A stretch of 64,000 nt of DNA from assembly GCF_963921235.1 (NCBI RefSeq), contig NC_086108.1, positions 107,386,001 through 107,450,000 on the forward strand, in the 5' to 3' direction. Positions within the stretch are counted from its first letter, which is position 1, and every line of letters starts with the position of its first letter. The notes beneath the pieces were generated by a model. That model saw only the letters and a list, made by a program, of their open reading frames with translations, was not told where the DNA came from and did not search any database. The DNA is from Mobula hypostoma. Lineage: Eukaryota. A program made the position numbers and the translations under genes. Shown piece by piece: positions 36,921-49,245 of the stretch.

Positions 36921-37939
36921 ATCTTTCCTGTAATACCATGGGCTCTTAACTTGTTAAGGAGCCTCAAGAGCGGCGCCTTGTTAAAGACCTTCTGAAAATC
37001 CAAGTACACAACATCAATCGATTCACCTTTGTCTGGCCTGTTTGTTATTTCTTCAAAGATTTCCAACAGATTTGTCAGGCAAGATTTTCCCTTGAGGAAA
37101 CCATGCAGACTTCAGCCTATTTTATCAAGTACCCCGAAACAACATCCTCAACAATCGACTTCAACATCTTTCCAATCACTCAGGTCATGCTAACTGGCTT
37201 ATAATTTCCTTTCTTCTGCCTCTCTCCCTTCTCGAAAAGTGGAGTGACATTTACAATTTTCCATTCCTTTGGAAACAGGCCAGAATCTGGTGATTCTTGA
37301 AAGGTCACTAATAATGACTCCACAATCTCTTCAGCTACCTCTTTCAGAACCCTGGTCCAGTTGACTTATCTACCTTCAGACCTTCCAGCTTCCCAAGCAC
37401 CTTCTCCCGAGTAATATCAACTGCACTTAATTCTGCCCCCTCACACTCTCAAACATCCAGCATACTGATAGTGCCTTCCACAGTGAAAACTGATGCAAAA
37501 TACTTATTCAGTTTTTTTTCCCATTTCCTTGTCCTCCATTAATACATCTACTGCATCATCTTTCAGTGGTCTGATATCTACTCCGGCATCACTTTTACTC
37601 TTCATTTGTCTGAAAAGACGTTTGGCATGCTCTTTGTTATTACTAGCTAGCTTACCTTCATATTTCATTTTTTCACTCCCTGTGGGCTTTTCATTGCCTT
37701 CTGTTGGTTTCTAAAGGCTTCGCAATCCTCTAACTTCCGCTATTGTTTGCTTTATCATATGTCCTCTTTTTTGATTTTATGTTGGCTTTAACTTCACTTG
37801 TCAGCCACAGTTGTGTCATCCTAACTTTAGAATACTTCTTCATCTTTGGGATGTATCCATTCTGCTCCTTCCAAATTGTTCCCAGAAACCCCGCCATTGC
37901 TGCTGTGCCATCATCCCTGCCAGTGTCCTTAACATCTGG

Positions 37940-38450
37940 CTGTCTCTATCACGTCCACAGAATCTCATGTCTACTCTTCTGCCTCTGGAATCCCCTATCA
38001 CTACTGCGGACCTCTGCTCCCCACTTCCCTTCTAAGCCACTGCACCTGACTCAGTGCCAGAGATCCAGCCACTGCAGCATCCCCCTGGTAAGCTGACCAC
38101 ACCCCACAATATTATCCATAGTGGTGTACTTACTATTGAAGGGAAAGGCCACAGGGGGCCTCTGCACTGGTTGCCCATTTCCTTTACATCTCCTGACCAT
38201 CGCCCATTTACCTGCCTCCTGCACCTTAGGGGTGACTACCTTACAGTAGCTCCTATTTATCACCTCCCCAGCCCCCCGTATGAGCTGAAAGTCATCAAGC
38301 TGCACCTCCAGGTCCTTAACGCATTCTGTTAGCAGCCGCAGCTTGGTGCACCTGGTGCTGATGGTGTTAATCCAGGACGGCGGCAGCCTCCCAGAACTCC
38401 CACATCTCACACACAGAACACAACCCAGCCCCTGGAGCCACTCTCACTGC
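37940..38450 (-). mobile_element. CR1 ORF1 N-terminal remnant
   Basis: CTKLRLLTECVKDLEVQLDDFQLIR...VVTPKVQE..KW (38051-38410), resembling the CR1 ORF1 zinc-finger/leucine-zipper region. Confidence 0.65.
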
Positions 38451-38763
38451 ACTATCTATTGTCTAACAGAGGTGACATGACAAACAAAAACAGAGCCAGC
38501 ACCGATCCCTGTGGAACACCATTAGTCATAGGCCTTCTGTCAGAGAGTCACTTACTACCACTGTCTGGTTTCTTCCGCGAAGCCAATGTCTAATCTGATT
38601 TACTACCTTATCAGCACAGAAACAGGCTATTCATCCCACCATGACCACATTACTCTTTGAATCTATCAACACTCATCCTATTTACCCACACTGTTCAAAG
38701 TCTTATATGCCTTGACATGTGAACTATCAGGGAATAGAATGGGACTGAGAGGCAGTCAATCCC

Positions 38764-38889
38764 CCAAGACCCGATGACTGAATCCAAGACCAAATGACTG
38801 AATCCTAGACCCAATGACTGAATCCAAGACCAAATGACTGAATCCTAGACCCAATGACTGAATCCAAGACCCGATGACTGAATCCTAGA
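38764..38889. repeat. 20-bp minisatellite, about 6.3 copies
   Basis: Unit CCWAGACCMRATGACTGAAT; variant order A-B-C-B-C-A. Confidence 0.95.
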
Positions 38890-38892
38890 AAT

Positions 38893-39510
38893 CTATGAAA
38901 CCGTTAGACACAGGAGCAGAGCTAGGCCATTTGACCCATCAAGTTTGCTCTGCCATTCCACCATGCCTAATTTACTATCCCTCTCAACCCATTCTCCTGC
39001 CTTCTCCACATAACTTTTGATGTTCTTATTAATCAAGAACCTAACAACCTCTTTTCTAAATATACTCAATGACTTGGCCTCCACAGCCATACGTGGCAAG
39101 GAATTCCACAGATTCACTACTAAGGAAATTCCTCCTCAACTCTATTCTAAAGGGCATCCTTATATTCTGAGGTTGTTCCCTCTGGTCCTGGACTCCTCCA
39201 CTGTAGGAAACATTCTCTCCACATCCACCCTATCTAGGCCTTTCAATATTCGATAAGTTTCAGTGAGATCCCCTCCCCCTCCATACTTATAAACTCCAGC
39301 AAGCACAGATGTGGAGCCATCAAAGGCTTCTTATATGTTAATTCTTTCATTCCTGGAATTATTCTAGTGAACTTCCTCCTTAAAGCCTTCCTTGGTCCCA
39401 AAAACTGCTCCAAATAATCCAGATGTGGCCTGACCAATAACATATAAAGCTTCCAATGGCAACACATCCTTTCTTAGATATAGGGCCCAAAACTGTTCAC
39501 AATACTCCAA
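38893..39510 (-). mobile_element. CR1 LINE 3' end
   Basis: NLWNSLPRMAVEAKSL; LVRPHLDY. Confidence 0.85.
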
Positions 39511-42160
39511 ATAATCAAGGGAGCAGGAAGTGCAGAATTAAATATCACTGTGATGATTGTACGTTCTAGTATCAATCATTTGGCGACAATAAAGTATAAA
39601 GTATAATACCCCAAATTGATTTTGAAGGAGGTTGTAGATGCACTGGCTGTCATCTTCCAAAATTCCGATGATTATTGAACAGCTTCAAGAGTTTGAAAGG
39701 TAGTAAATGTAAGCCCACTATATCAGACAGAAGGTGTGGTAGAAGAGTGAGAGCCATCCACTCGTTAGCCTGACGTAGTAGTGGAACATCACCCAGCACG
39801 TATGTACCCTGTCTGAATGCCTGGCCACCGACCTCCCCACTCCCCGACTCACAGACACACTCTCATCCTGCACTGGTCACTTCTCATCTTTTATTGCTGC
39901 TGTTTTACATATTCATACGGCTGCTTGTTTTATTATAAAAGTGTCAGTAACATTTTACGGTCTTACATAAGCGTGCATTTCGCGCTTTATGCTAACCTGT
40001 CAGTCTTCAGGCCAGGCCAGGCCACTCAGGGACTTGTACTAATACTATTTTGTGACTGTATGTGCTGGATCTTAACTATATCGTGACCATATGTACTGTT
40101 TTTTGCAATTTAACCAGAGGAATACTGTTTTATCCTGAAGAAAAGTCTTAGCACAAAATATTGACTGTTTACCCTTTTCCACAGATGTTGCCTGACCTGC
40201 TGAGTTCCTCCTGCATTTTGGGTGCGTTTCTAATGTTTTGTTTAGCTAAATACGTGTATTTATTTGAATGACAATAAACTTGAACTTGAACAGGCTTTTA
40301 TATATATAATTACATAAGTGTTAACGGGGCTTTGAAAAATTAAATTAAGATTAGGCAGTCAAGTTAAATTTATCAAAAGGGAAATCTTGCTTGACAGATC
40401 TTGTGGAAATAACAAGATAGATAAGGGAGAACAAGTGATAAGATTTCACTGAACTTTCAGAATCCTTTAATAATGTGCCATACAGGAAGTTAAAGAAAAT
40501 TAGAGTGCAGAGTACTTAAGGTAATTTCCTGGTCTGGCTGAGGGTGGATTAATGGTAAGAAAACACAGAACAGGGATAAATGGGTAATTTTCCAGTTGGG
40601 AGACTGAGATCAGTGATGTATGCAGAAGGCGTCTGTGTTGAGATCCCATCGCCTCACGATGCATATAGAGTGAAGGGCCAAGATGAACACCTAAGTCTGT
40701 CCCATTTCCCCATATTTGGCCTATATCCTTCAAGCCTTTCCTATCTATGTTCTCCTCCAACAATCTTTTAAATGGTGTTATTTTCCATGTAAGGCAACTG
40801 GTCTGTGAATGTTTGAACTGCTGTGTCTTAGTTCTTGCATCCCATCCACCAAAAATCTACAGGCCATGACACTCAGGGACCTGGGCTATATTTTTTTGTG
40901 ACTGCATATTTTTCTGCTATCATTATTAGATGTGCTTTATGTGCCTTGTGCCCTCTGTGACTGTGCATAATGGCTTTTGCACCTTGGCCCCGGAGGAACA
41001 CCTTCTCATCTGGCTGTGTTCATAGGTATGATTAAGTGACAATTAAACTTGAACTTGAAATTGCAGAGAATTGTAAGCAAAGCTCAGCACATCATACAAA
41101 CCAAGATCCACTCTATGGACTCCGTCTGTCCTTCTCGCTGCCTCAGTAAATCAACCAGCATTGAACTGAGACATTCTCTCTTCTCCCCTCTCCCACTGGA
41201 CAGAAGATACAAGAGGTCCTGCAGCTGCTGGACATCTAGAGCAATACACACAATGTGCTGGAGGAGCTCAGCAGGCCAGTCAGCATCTATGGTTGGGAAT
41301 AAACAGTTGATGTTTTGGGTCAAGACCCTGATGAAGTACCTCGGCCCAAAATGATGACTGTTTATTCACAATCATAGATGCTACCTGATCTGCTGATCTC
41401 TTCCAGATGCAAAAGCCTGAAAGCACGTACCTCCAGGCTCAAGGGACAGTTATTACCCCACTGTATTCAGATACTCTTGAACAGATCTCTTGCACGGTAA
41501 GATGGACTCTTGGTCTCACAATGTACCCCATTATGATCTTGCATTTTATCGTTTACCTGCACTGCACTTTCTCAGTAGCTGTTACACTTTATTCTACATT
41601 CTGTTATTGTTTTTACCTTGTTCTAATTCAATGCACTGTGTAATAAGTTGATCTGAATGAACAAGCTTTTCAGTGTATCTTCGTTCATATGACAACAGTA
41701 AACTAATATTTTCTCTGGCAGTTCGTTCATTCACACAGCATCCTCTGCATGAAAATGTTGCCCTTCAGGTCCCTTTTAAAACCTTTCACTCTTACCTCAA
41801 ACCTATGTCCACTAGGTTTTTTGGAACTCTTACCCTGGGGGAAAGATTGCATGCATTCACTCTATATATACACCTCTTTGAAGCGATGGAGGATGAGGGG
41901 TGACTTGATAGAGGTGTACAAGATGATAAGAGGCAAAGATTGAGTGGACAGCCAAAGACTTTTTCCCAGGGTGGAAATAGCTAATACAAGGGGGAATAAT
42001 TTTAAGGCAACACACACAAAACACTGGAGGAACTCGGCAGATCAGGCAGCATCGATGGAAAAGATCAAATAGTTGACATTTCAGACCAAGACACTTCTGT
42101 AGGACTGAAGTGGAAGGGGAAAGATGCCAGGATAAAAAGGTGGGGGGGAGGGAAAGGAGG

Positions 42161-42643
42161 CACCTCCTGTACCTAATAAAGTGGTCACTGAGTGTATGTT
42201 CATGACTTATGCTGCCGTAGTTCAATGTGTTGTGTATTCAGATATTTTTGTTTCCACACCTCTGTTGTAACATGTGGTTATTTGAGTTACCTCCTTGTCA
42301 GCTTGAACCAGACTGACCATTCACCTCTGACCTCTCTCACTAACACACCATTGTCACCCCGAGAACTACCACTCACCGGACTCACTGAGACTGTTGTGCA
42401 TGAAAATCCTAGGAAATCAGCAGTTTTCTGAGATACTGAAACCACCCTGTCTGGCACCACAATCATTCCGCGATCAAAGTCACTTAAATTATATCTCTTT
42501 CCCATTCTGATGTTTGGTCTGAGCAACCACTGAACTTCTGCTTGCTTTAATGTATTATGTTGCTGGCACACGATTGGCTGATTAAATATTTGCATTAAAG
42601 GGCAGATGTATAGATGTACCTAATAAAGCGGCTACCGAGTGCA
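42161..42643 (-). mobile_element. Non-autonomous Tc1-like element (transposase N-terminal HTH only)
   Basis: MGKRYNLSDFDRGMIV...ADFLGFSCTTVS; TIR-like GTACCTAATAAAG.GG copies at 42169-42196 and 42616-42643. Confidence 0.85.
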
Positions 42644-43074
42644 TGCTTTGGCTTCGTAGGAGTGCTGTCAGTTTTTCACAAGGTTTGATATAATTGGGTT
42701 TATTTTCATCAAACAGCACAAAATCTATGTGCTGTGTCAGCTGTGTCTTAAGCTTAAAGCAAGGATGTCAGGAAAGAATGATGGTAATCATGCTAACAGC
42801 CGCCACATGCAAGAGGCATTTTCTGCTTTGCTTAGGTGAACATAGTCTAAAATTAATCATATAGCCAAAATGACTTGGCCCTTTCCACTCCCGTGTCCAA
42901 TTAGCAATTTCCTCTAGAAAATACAAGCTCCAATAAATTATGGATTCGGGTCTCCAGAGACTTGAATTTACAATATAAGAAAGTACTAGACTGTAGAAAC
43001 TAGCTAGCACCTGACTCAGTTGGACAACGCATTAATCCAAGGCACTTGCTACCTATTTAGGTGACTTAAAGTAT

Positions 43075-43630
43075 TTGATGGCTCTGGGCCTGTACTCACT
43101 GGATTTTAGAATAATGAGGTGGGGATCTCATCGAAACCCACCAAATATTGAAAGGCACAAGAGGGACTGCAGGTGCTGGAAATATAGATCGATACACACA
43201 ATGTGCTGGAGGAGTTCAGCAGGAAAGGTAGCATCTATGAATGAGAATAAACAGTCAACGTTTCAAGCTGAGACATATCATTAAAACAAATATCGAAAGG
43301 CCAGGTGGAGAGAATGCTTCCTATAGTGGGGGAGTCTAGGACCAGAGAGCACAGTCTCAGAATAGAAAGATGTTCCTCAGGAGAGTGAGACATCCATTTA
43401 GTACAGAGATAAGGAGTAATTTCTTTAACCAGGGTGTGGTGAATCTGTGGAATTCATTGCCAGAGATGGCTGTGAAGGCCAAGTCATTGGGTATATTTAA
43501 AGTGGAGATTGATAGATTCTTGATTAGTAAGAGTGTCAAAGGTTATGGGGAGAAGACAAGAGAATGGTGTTGAGAGAATAAATAAATCAGAATGGTGGAG
43601 TAGACTTGATGGGCTGAATGGCCTAATTCT
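43075..43630 (+). mobile_element. CR1 3' end with nested Penelope repeat fragment (about 43157-43285)
   Basis: RSNFFNQGVVNLWNSLP; the nested part matches the Penelope terminal repeat in reverse. Confidence 0.8.
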
Positions 43631-43767
43631 GCTCCTGTGTTTTATAGTGTTAAAAGTTTATGTTCCTGCTCTGATTTATGAAGGTTTAGATTAATAATCT
43701 TGAGTGCCCTTCAGACAACATAAACCTCTACAACTCTTGGTTGTAGCAAATGAACTGATTCCTATTT

Positions 43768-43885
43768 CCTTGTTTGTGGGATCTTGCAGTGTGGGGATAG
43801 GCTTGCCGACTTTGTTGACATGGCATTTGTGACGATTTTGAAAAGTAATGAATTAGTTATGAAGCACTTTGGAACGCCCTGAAAA
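43768..43885 (+). mobile_element. DeuSINE-like 3' fragment
   Basis: TGTTTGTGGGATCTTGC...AAAAGTAATGAATT...AAGCACTTTGGAACGCCCTG resembles the recalled SacSINE1/AmnSINE 3' region. Confidence 0.5.
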
Positions 43886-44187
43886 CATTCATTTTTTCCA
43901 ATTTTTGATTGATTTCGCTTTGCTTTGGGGTCACAAGCCTTTTTTTAATTGGATTCAGTGGTTAAGTTATCAGGCTTGTAACTGTACAGGGACAGAAGTT
44001 CAGTTCTCACCATAGACACTGAATTTAAGTTCAGTTAATAATCTGCCGAAAAAAATTTAATAATGGTTATTGTAAAATTAACATCTTCCCAGGGAAGAAC
44101 TCTGCATCCATAAAATAAAGATTAGCTTTATTTGTCACGGGTACATTGAAATGCAGTTTTGCATCAACAGCCATTGCAGTCTGAGGG

Positions 44188-44320
44188 CAACACACACAAA
44201 ATGCTGGAGGAACTCAGCAGATCAGGCAGCACCTATGGAAATTAATAAACGGTTGACGTTTTTTGTGTAAGACCATTCCTGATTTCCATAGATGCTGCCT
44301 GACCTGCTGAGTTCCTCCAG

Positions 44321-44379
<59 letters not shown>

Positions 44380-44420
44380 GCTCTGGATTCCCAGTATCTA
44401 AAGAATCTCTTGTGTTTGCG
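44188..44420. mobile_element. Fold-back mini Penelope-repeat insertion containing about (TG)26 (44326-44378)
   Basis: TSD GTCTGAGGG at 44179-44187 and 44421-44429; inverted arms about 44190-44243 and 44282-44335. Confidence 0.8.
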
Positions 44421-45246
44421 GTCTGAGGGTTGTACCGGGAGCAGCCCGCAAGTGTCATGCGAGTTTCCAGTGCTAACACAGCATGCCCACAACTTATTAA
44501 TTCCAACCCATACATCTTTTGGAATTTGAGAGGAAACAGGAGGATTCGAAGGAAACCCACAAAGTCATGGGGAGAACGTAGAAACTCAATACAGAGAGTG
44601 ACGTGACTCGGACCGCATTCAGTGACTGTTAGACTTCCATATTCCAAAGACATACAGGTTAGGTTTAGTAACTTGTAGACATGCTACGTTGGCATTAAAA
44701 ACACAGCAACAGTTGTGGGCTGTCCCCAGCACATCATCGGACTAGACAGATCAGACTGGTTAAGCAGGGAAATGGAATGGTAAAGGTGGCTGCTGAAATT
44801 GATAGGGTGGTGATCTTGGGGGTTCAAGTTCACAGCTCGCTGAAAATGGCTACACAGATTGACAGGGTGTTGAAGAAGGCATACGGCGTGATTGCCTTTA
44901 TTAATCAAGGCTCTGAGCAAGGGAAGTTATGTTGCAGCTTCACAAAACTCTAGTTAGGCCACATCTGGCGTATCGCAAACAGTTCTGGTTGCCCCATTAT
45001 AAGAAGGTTATCGAGCTTTGGAGAGAGTACAGAAGAGGTTTGCCAGGATACTACCTGGATTAAAGGGTATGTGCTAAAACAAGAGGTTGAACAAACTTGG
45101 GTTGTTTTCTCTGGAGCTGCAGAGGCTGAGGGGGATCTGGTCAAAGTTACAAGATTAGGAGAGGTATAAATAAAGAAGGCAGCTGGTATCTTTTTCCTAG
45201 GGCTGAAATGTGTGACACTATCCAGTATTTGTTTAAAGTGAGGAGG

Positions 45247-45850
45247 CTGAAGACATCAGATTTACACATTTTGGCCTTTAGCTCTCTTATAGCTAGGTGG
45301 GCGCTTTTGTTTAAATAGAAAGATACCTCTCCTTTAAGGATTCATCTTTATCCACCGGAGAGATTTCCTTGAGTGAAATGCACTGGTGCCATGGGACAGT
45401 AGTGTCTAGTCGTACTCATGCTCAACGGTTATGCGATGTTATGTCATGCTTAGATTTAGAGAAGATTAGTCGTTCAATTTCTGAATCTCATCAAGACTTT
45501 CAAACATTGTGGGGACCCTTTCTGAATTATTTTCAAAACTTTCAAAACCCTCAATTCGTTGTTTAAATTTAGACGTTGGCTATTATTAATTTTTATTATA
45601 CGAGAAGGTATTTTACCTTTTTTTTCCTCCTTAATAAACAGCTTTGGTCTTGGTAGGGGTTAGATTTTTTTGTAATAAATTAGTATATTTCAATATAACT
45701 TTGACTAACCTACATATATACAGGGTAATGAGATTGTTATTATGAATAGATATAATGTAATTGGTAGTTTTTTTAAACCTTTATATATACTTTCCTGTAC
45801 TATGTATTCTTTTATGTAGAAACTGATAAAAATATTGAAAGATTAAAAAA
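45247..45850 (+). mobile_element. L1-clade LINE 3' end nested in a CR1 3' fragment (CR1 about 44790-46110)
   Basis: LHILAFSSLIAR... then THAQRLCDVMSCLDLEKISRS...FQTLWGPFLNYF; A-rich tail; TGAGGAG repeated on both sides. Confidence 0.7.
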
Positions 45851-46394
45851 TGAGGAGAGGAAGTTGAAAGGAGATGTGCAGGAGAAGCTTATTTATCCAG
45901 GGAGTTGTAGGTGCCTGGAGTTCACAGCCAGGGGTTGTAGTCCAGGCCAATACAACAGTCATTCAATAGTTTAATATTCATGAGTGTACAGAGAATGGAG
46001 AGAGATGGTCATTGTGTGGGCAGAAGTGATTAGTTTACTTTGGTGTTTAATTACTAGTGTAGTTAGCTCACACGTCTTTCATGGACCAAGTGGCCTGTCT
46101 ATGTATTGTACTGTTTGTATTTATCTTTTATGCTCTATGTTCTACACCAACCCCTAAAAGGACAGCACGTAGTCATTACCGCAATTGCTCTACAGTGCCA
46201 GCAACCACAAGCAATTCCCACCGCTGTCTGTACAAAGTTTGTACGTTCTCCCCGTGATGATTTTGCTCTCTTTTGCATTATTTCTTTGCTTATTTTTATT
46301 TCATATTGTAATCTATAGTAATTTCAAAAATTGCATATTGCATTGTTCTGCCGTCACAGAACAAATTTCATGACATATATTAGTGACTTATGTT

Positions 46395-46968
46395 AGGGGC
46401 TCCATGGTAACATAGCAATTAGCACGCTGCTATTACAGCTCAGGGCGTCGGAGTTCAGAGTTCAATTCTGCTGCTGTCTTTAATGATTTTGTACGTTCTC
46501 CCTGTGGCCGCACAATTTTCCTCCAGGTGCTCTGGTTTCCTCCCACACTCCGAAGACGTACAGGTTAATTAGTCATATGGGTGCAATTAGGTGGCGTGAG
46601 TTCGTTGAGCCGAAAGGGGCCTGTTACTGTGCTGTATCTCCAAATTTTAAATTAAAAAATAAATATCTAAAGGTTAGCTTTATTTTTCACATGCACGTTG
46701 AAACATCAAAACACGGAGAAATGCGTCTCTTTTGCTTCAATGACAACATAGTCCGAGGATGTGCTGGGGGAAGCCCACATGTGTTTCCACGCTTCTGGCA
46801 CCAGCACGGTGTGCCCAGAGCAAATACTAACTCTAACCTTTGGAGCATGGGAAGAAACCCATGCGGTCACAGAGAGAACGTACAAGATCCTTACAGACAG
46901 CAGCGGGAATTGATTCCTGACTGGTGATCGCTGGTGATGGCATGCATCACGCTAACTGCTATTGTCCC
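46395..46968. mobile_element. Two tail-to-tail V-SINE-like SINEs (about 46395-46665 +, 46670-46968 -)
   Basis: V-domain GGTTTCCTCCCACACTCCGAAGACG on +; reverse V-domain and head ending CACGCTAACTGCTA on -. Confidence 0.7.
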
Positions 46969-47093
46969 ATGCCACCCAATGCCACCCAATGCCACCATGC
47001 CACCATGCCACCCAATGCCACCCAATGCCACCATGCCACCATGCCACCCAATGCCACCCAATGCCACCATGCCACCAATGCCACCATGCCACC
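46969..47093. repeat. ATGCCACC(CA) tandem array, 14 monomers, 36-bp higher-order unit x3
   Basis: Monomer lengths 10-10-8-8, 10-10-8-8, 10-10-8-9-8-8. Confidence 0.95.
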
Positions 47094-47458
47094 AGTGCAT
47101 TTCAGTCAAGGAAATCTCTCCTGTGAATAAAGATGAGTCCTTAAAGGAGATGCAGACTTCAATGAGGGGGAGACTGTAAGGTTAAACCAGGATTTGACAG
47201 TGTTACACAAAGCAAGAATGGAGAGAACAGAGAGGAGTAAAAGATCAAAAGCTGTCAGGCCAGTTGACAGAAAGCCAAAGCAAAAACAAACTCTGCTAAC
47301 GTTTGTGTTCTCCTCAGGAGTTGGAGCAGTCCTGTGGTTAAGTAAACTAGATTTGGCAGTTGATGGAGGACAGACTAATGGAGCTGATGTTCTCTTTGTA
47401 GCTTTCCTTTAGCAGTGAACTGTGGACCTCTGTGCTGGGTTCCGTTGACTGCTAAACA

Positions 47459-47509
47459 ATGGCATTCAGTACAAGGAATGCGCGAGGTATTCTGCAGATA
47501 CTTAAAGTG
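47459..47509 (+). CDS. Candidate first coding exon segment of an unidentified host gene (MAFSTRNARGILQILKV, phase 0)
   Basis: Non-repetitive context; ACAATGG Kozak context; in-frame upstream TAA; donor GTG|GTAAGA at 47510; acceptors at 47317 (CTAAC branch point, pyrimidine tract, CAG) and 47412/47415. Confidence 0.4.
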
Positions 47510-48839
47510 GTAAGACACTGTTTGACATCGGCGTATCCTGAGAATTCTGTGCCCCCTGGCCAACAAAGATATTTTGTTTATTACTTTCCTGTAGATCTGC
47601 TCATTTAGAAGCTTTTTCTAATTGCTCTTCAATGTGGAACCTCGTTAGCCACTTTCAAAAGGCATTTAAGGGTCAATATAATTACTATTTTATTCAATTT
47701 ATAAACTTTATCCTTCAACTTTATTTTATAATCATTTATTCAGAATACACTTTATTATCACTGATATATGTCATGAAATTTGTTGTTTTGCGACAGCAGT
47801 ACAATGAAATACATTAAGAAACTATAAATTACAGTAAGATGCTGTGGATCATCCTAAGACGTTCTGGGACGCATCACCAGTGATGTAACCTGGGGTCATC
47901 AGGTGTTTAGGGTCTTTCAGCAATAGACACTCTCGACCAGGCGACTCAGCCAGGGTTGATCAGGGCTTGGCTTGTGGCTCAGCAGCATAGGTCCACAGGT
48001 CACACCTTTTGATCTGGAGGCTTGCTAGCAACCTCTGTGATGGTCCTGGTGGCTCCTTTCTTTGCAGACCCCGTAATGCCAAGGAGAAAATAGGTTTTGC
48101 ACAGCGAACAGCCAGCAAAACCTCCCCCCCCCCACCCCATAGGCTCAAATCATGCCCTCTACCCCGTCTCTGACACTGTTTTACCAGCTCCTGTTATTTG
48201 GCTTTGTTACGTTCAAACAGCTCCTCAATTCATTCTTGTTACGAGACACATCCAAACCGAGCCAGCATCCGGGGTTTAGGCACTCAAACTCTCTGGAGTA
48301 TAGATAGCTGGTGCAGCCCATTTAAGGGTACAGGACTATCCTGCTAATTGGCAATCATGTTTTCAGCACCAAGAATTCAGTATTTAAAGAACACCTGAAC
48401 AGATCCTCAGTGCTCAATCATAAATACTACTTGGATTATGGTAAAGTGCCTTGTTAAGTACTGTACTCAGTTCTTGTTTCAATCTAGTACAGTGTCTCAA
48501 TTCCAGCCTCGGATACTCCAGCACGTGGGTCCAAAACATCCTCGTCAAGGACTCTCGTCACAGGTTTTCTCAAGGAACCATCAGTTCTACCATGACCACT
48601 AGTGTCAATGTTTCTGACAGAATGACCATGTCATGCTGAATCTCTCAGGAGCAAAGCTGATAATTACAGTAGAAATGGTCTGGAGTTGTCTATCGACATC
48701 TCCTTTGGCTATTGCCTCAATGAAGTAGAATACATCCGCCTCAGACTGAAGCAACTCCCTCTGGTGGGTTGCTGGAGGCCACTTAACCCATTCTGCTATT
48801 CTGTCTGAAGTGGGAGACTCTGGTTCTTGGAGGTATATG

Positions 48840-49245
48840 TATATAAATTAAGTTGTTCAAAAAGTACAAAAATAGTCAGGTGGTGTTCATGGCTTCATTG
48901 TTCATTCAGACATCTGATGACAGAGGAGAGGAAGTTGTATCTAAAATGTTGAGTGTGTGTCTTCAGGTTCCTGTACCTCCTTCCTAAACATAACAATGAG
49001 AAGGGGACATGTCCTGGGGAATGGAGGACCTTAATGATGGATGCCTCTTTTTGAAGATGTCCTCCATCCTGGGAAGGTTTATGCCCTTGATGGAGCTGGC
49101 TGAGTTTACAACCCTCCGCAGCTTCTTCCGATCCTGTGCAGTGGCCCTTCCATGGTGAAGCAACCAGTTACGATGCTCCCTGCAGTACATCTGTAGAAAT
49201 TTGCTAGGTCCTTGGTGACATACCAGATCTCCTTATAATTGTTGA
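48840..49245 (-). mobile_element. Rex1-type 3' fragment
   Basis: TAQDRKKLRRVVNSASSI. Confidence 0.75.

Larger units (their letters stand above)
33780..37930 (-). mobile_element. CR1 LINE (RT to 3' UTR) carrying three nested insertions
   Basis: VAKFADETNIGG, VYLDFQKVFNKAP; sequence is continuous across the MITE, Penelope and HDV-element TSDs. Confidence 0.9.

Noticed and set aside
38764..38889. CRISPR-like array
   Set aside because: Units are contiguous with no unique spacers, there are no cas genes, and the DNA is vertebrate.
46891..47179. Repetitive-peptide ORFs (GGMVALGGIGWH, PPNATMPPCH)
   Set aside because: Artefacts of translating the ATGCCACC array.
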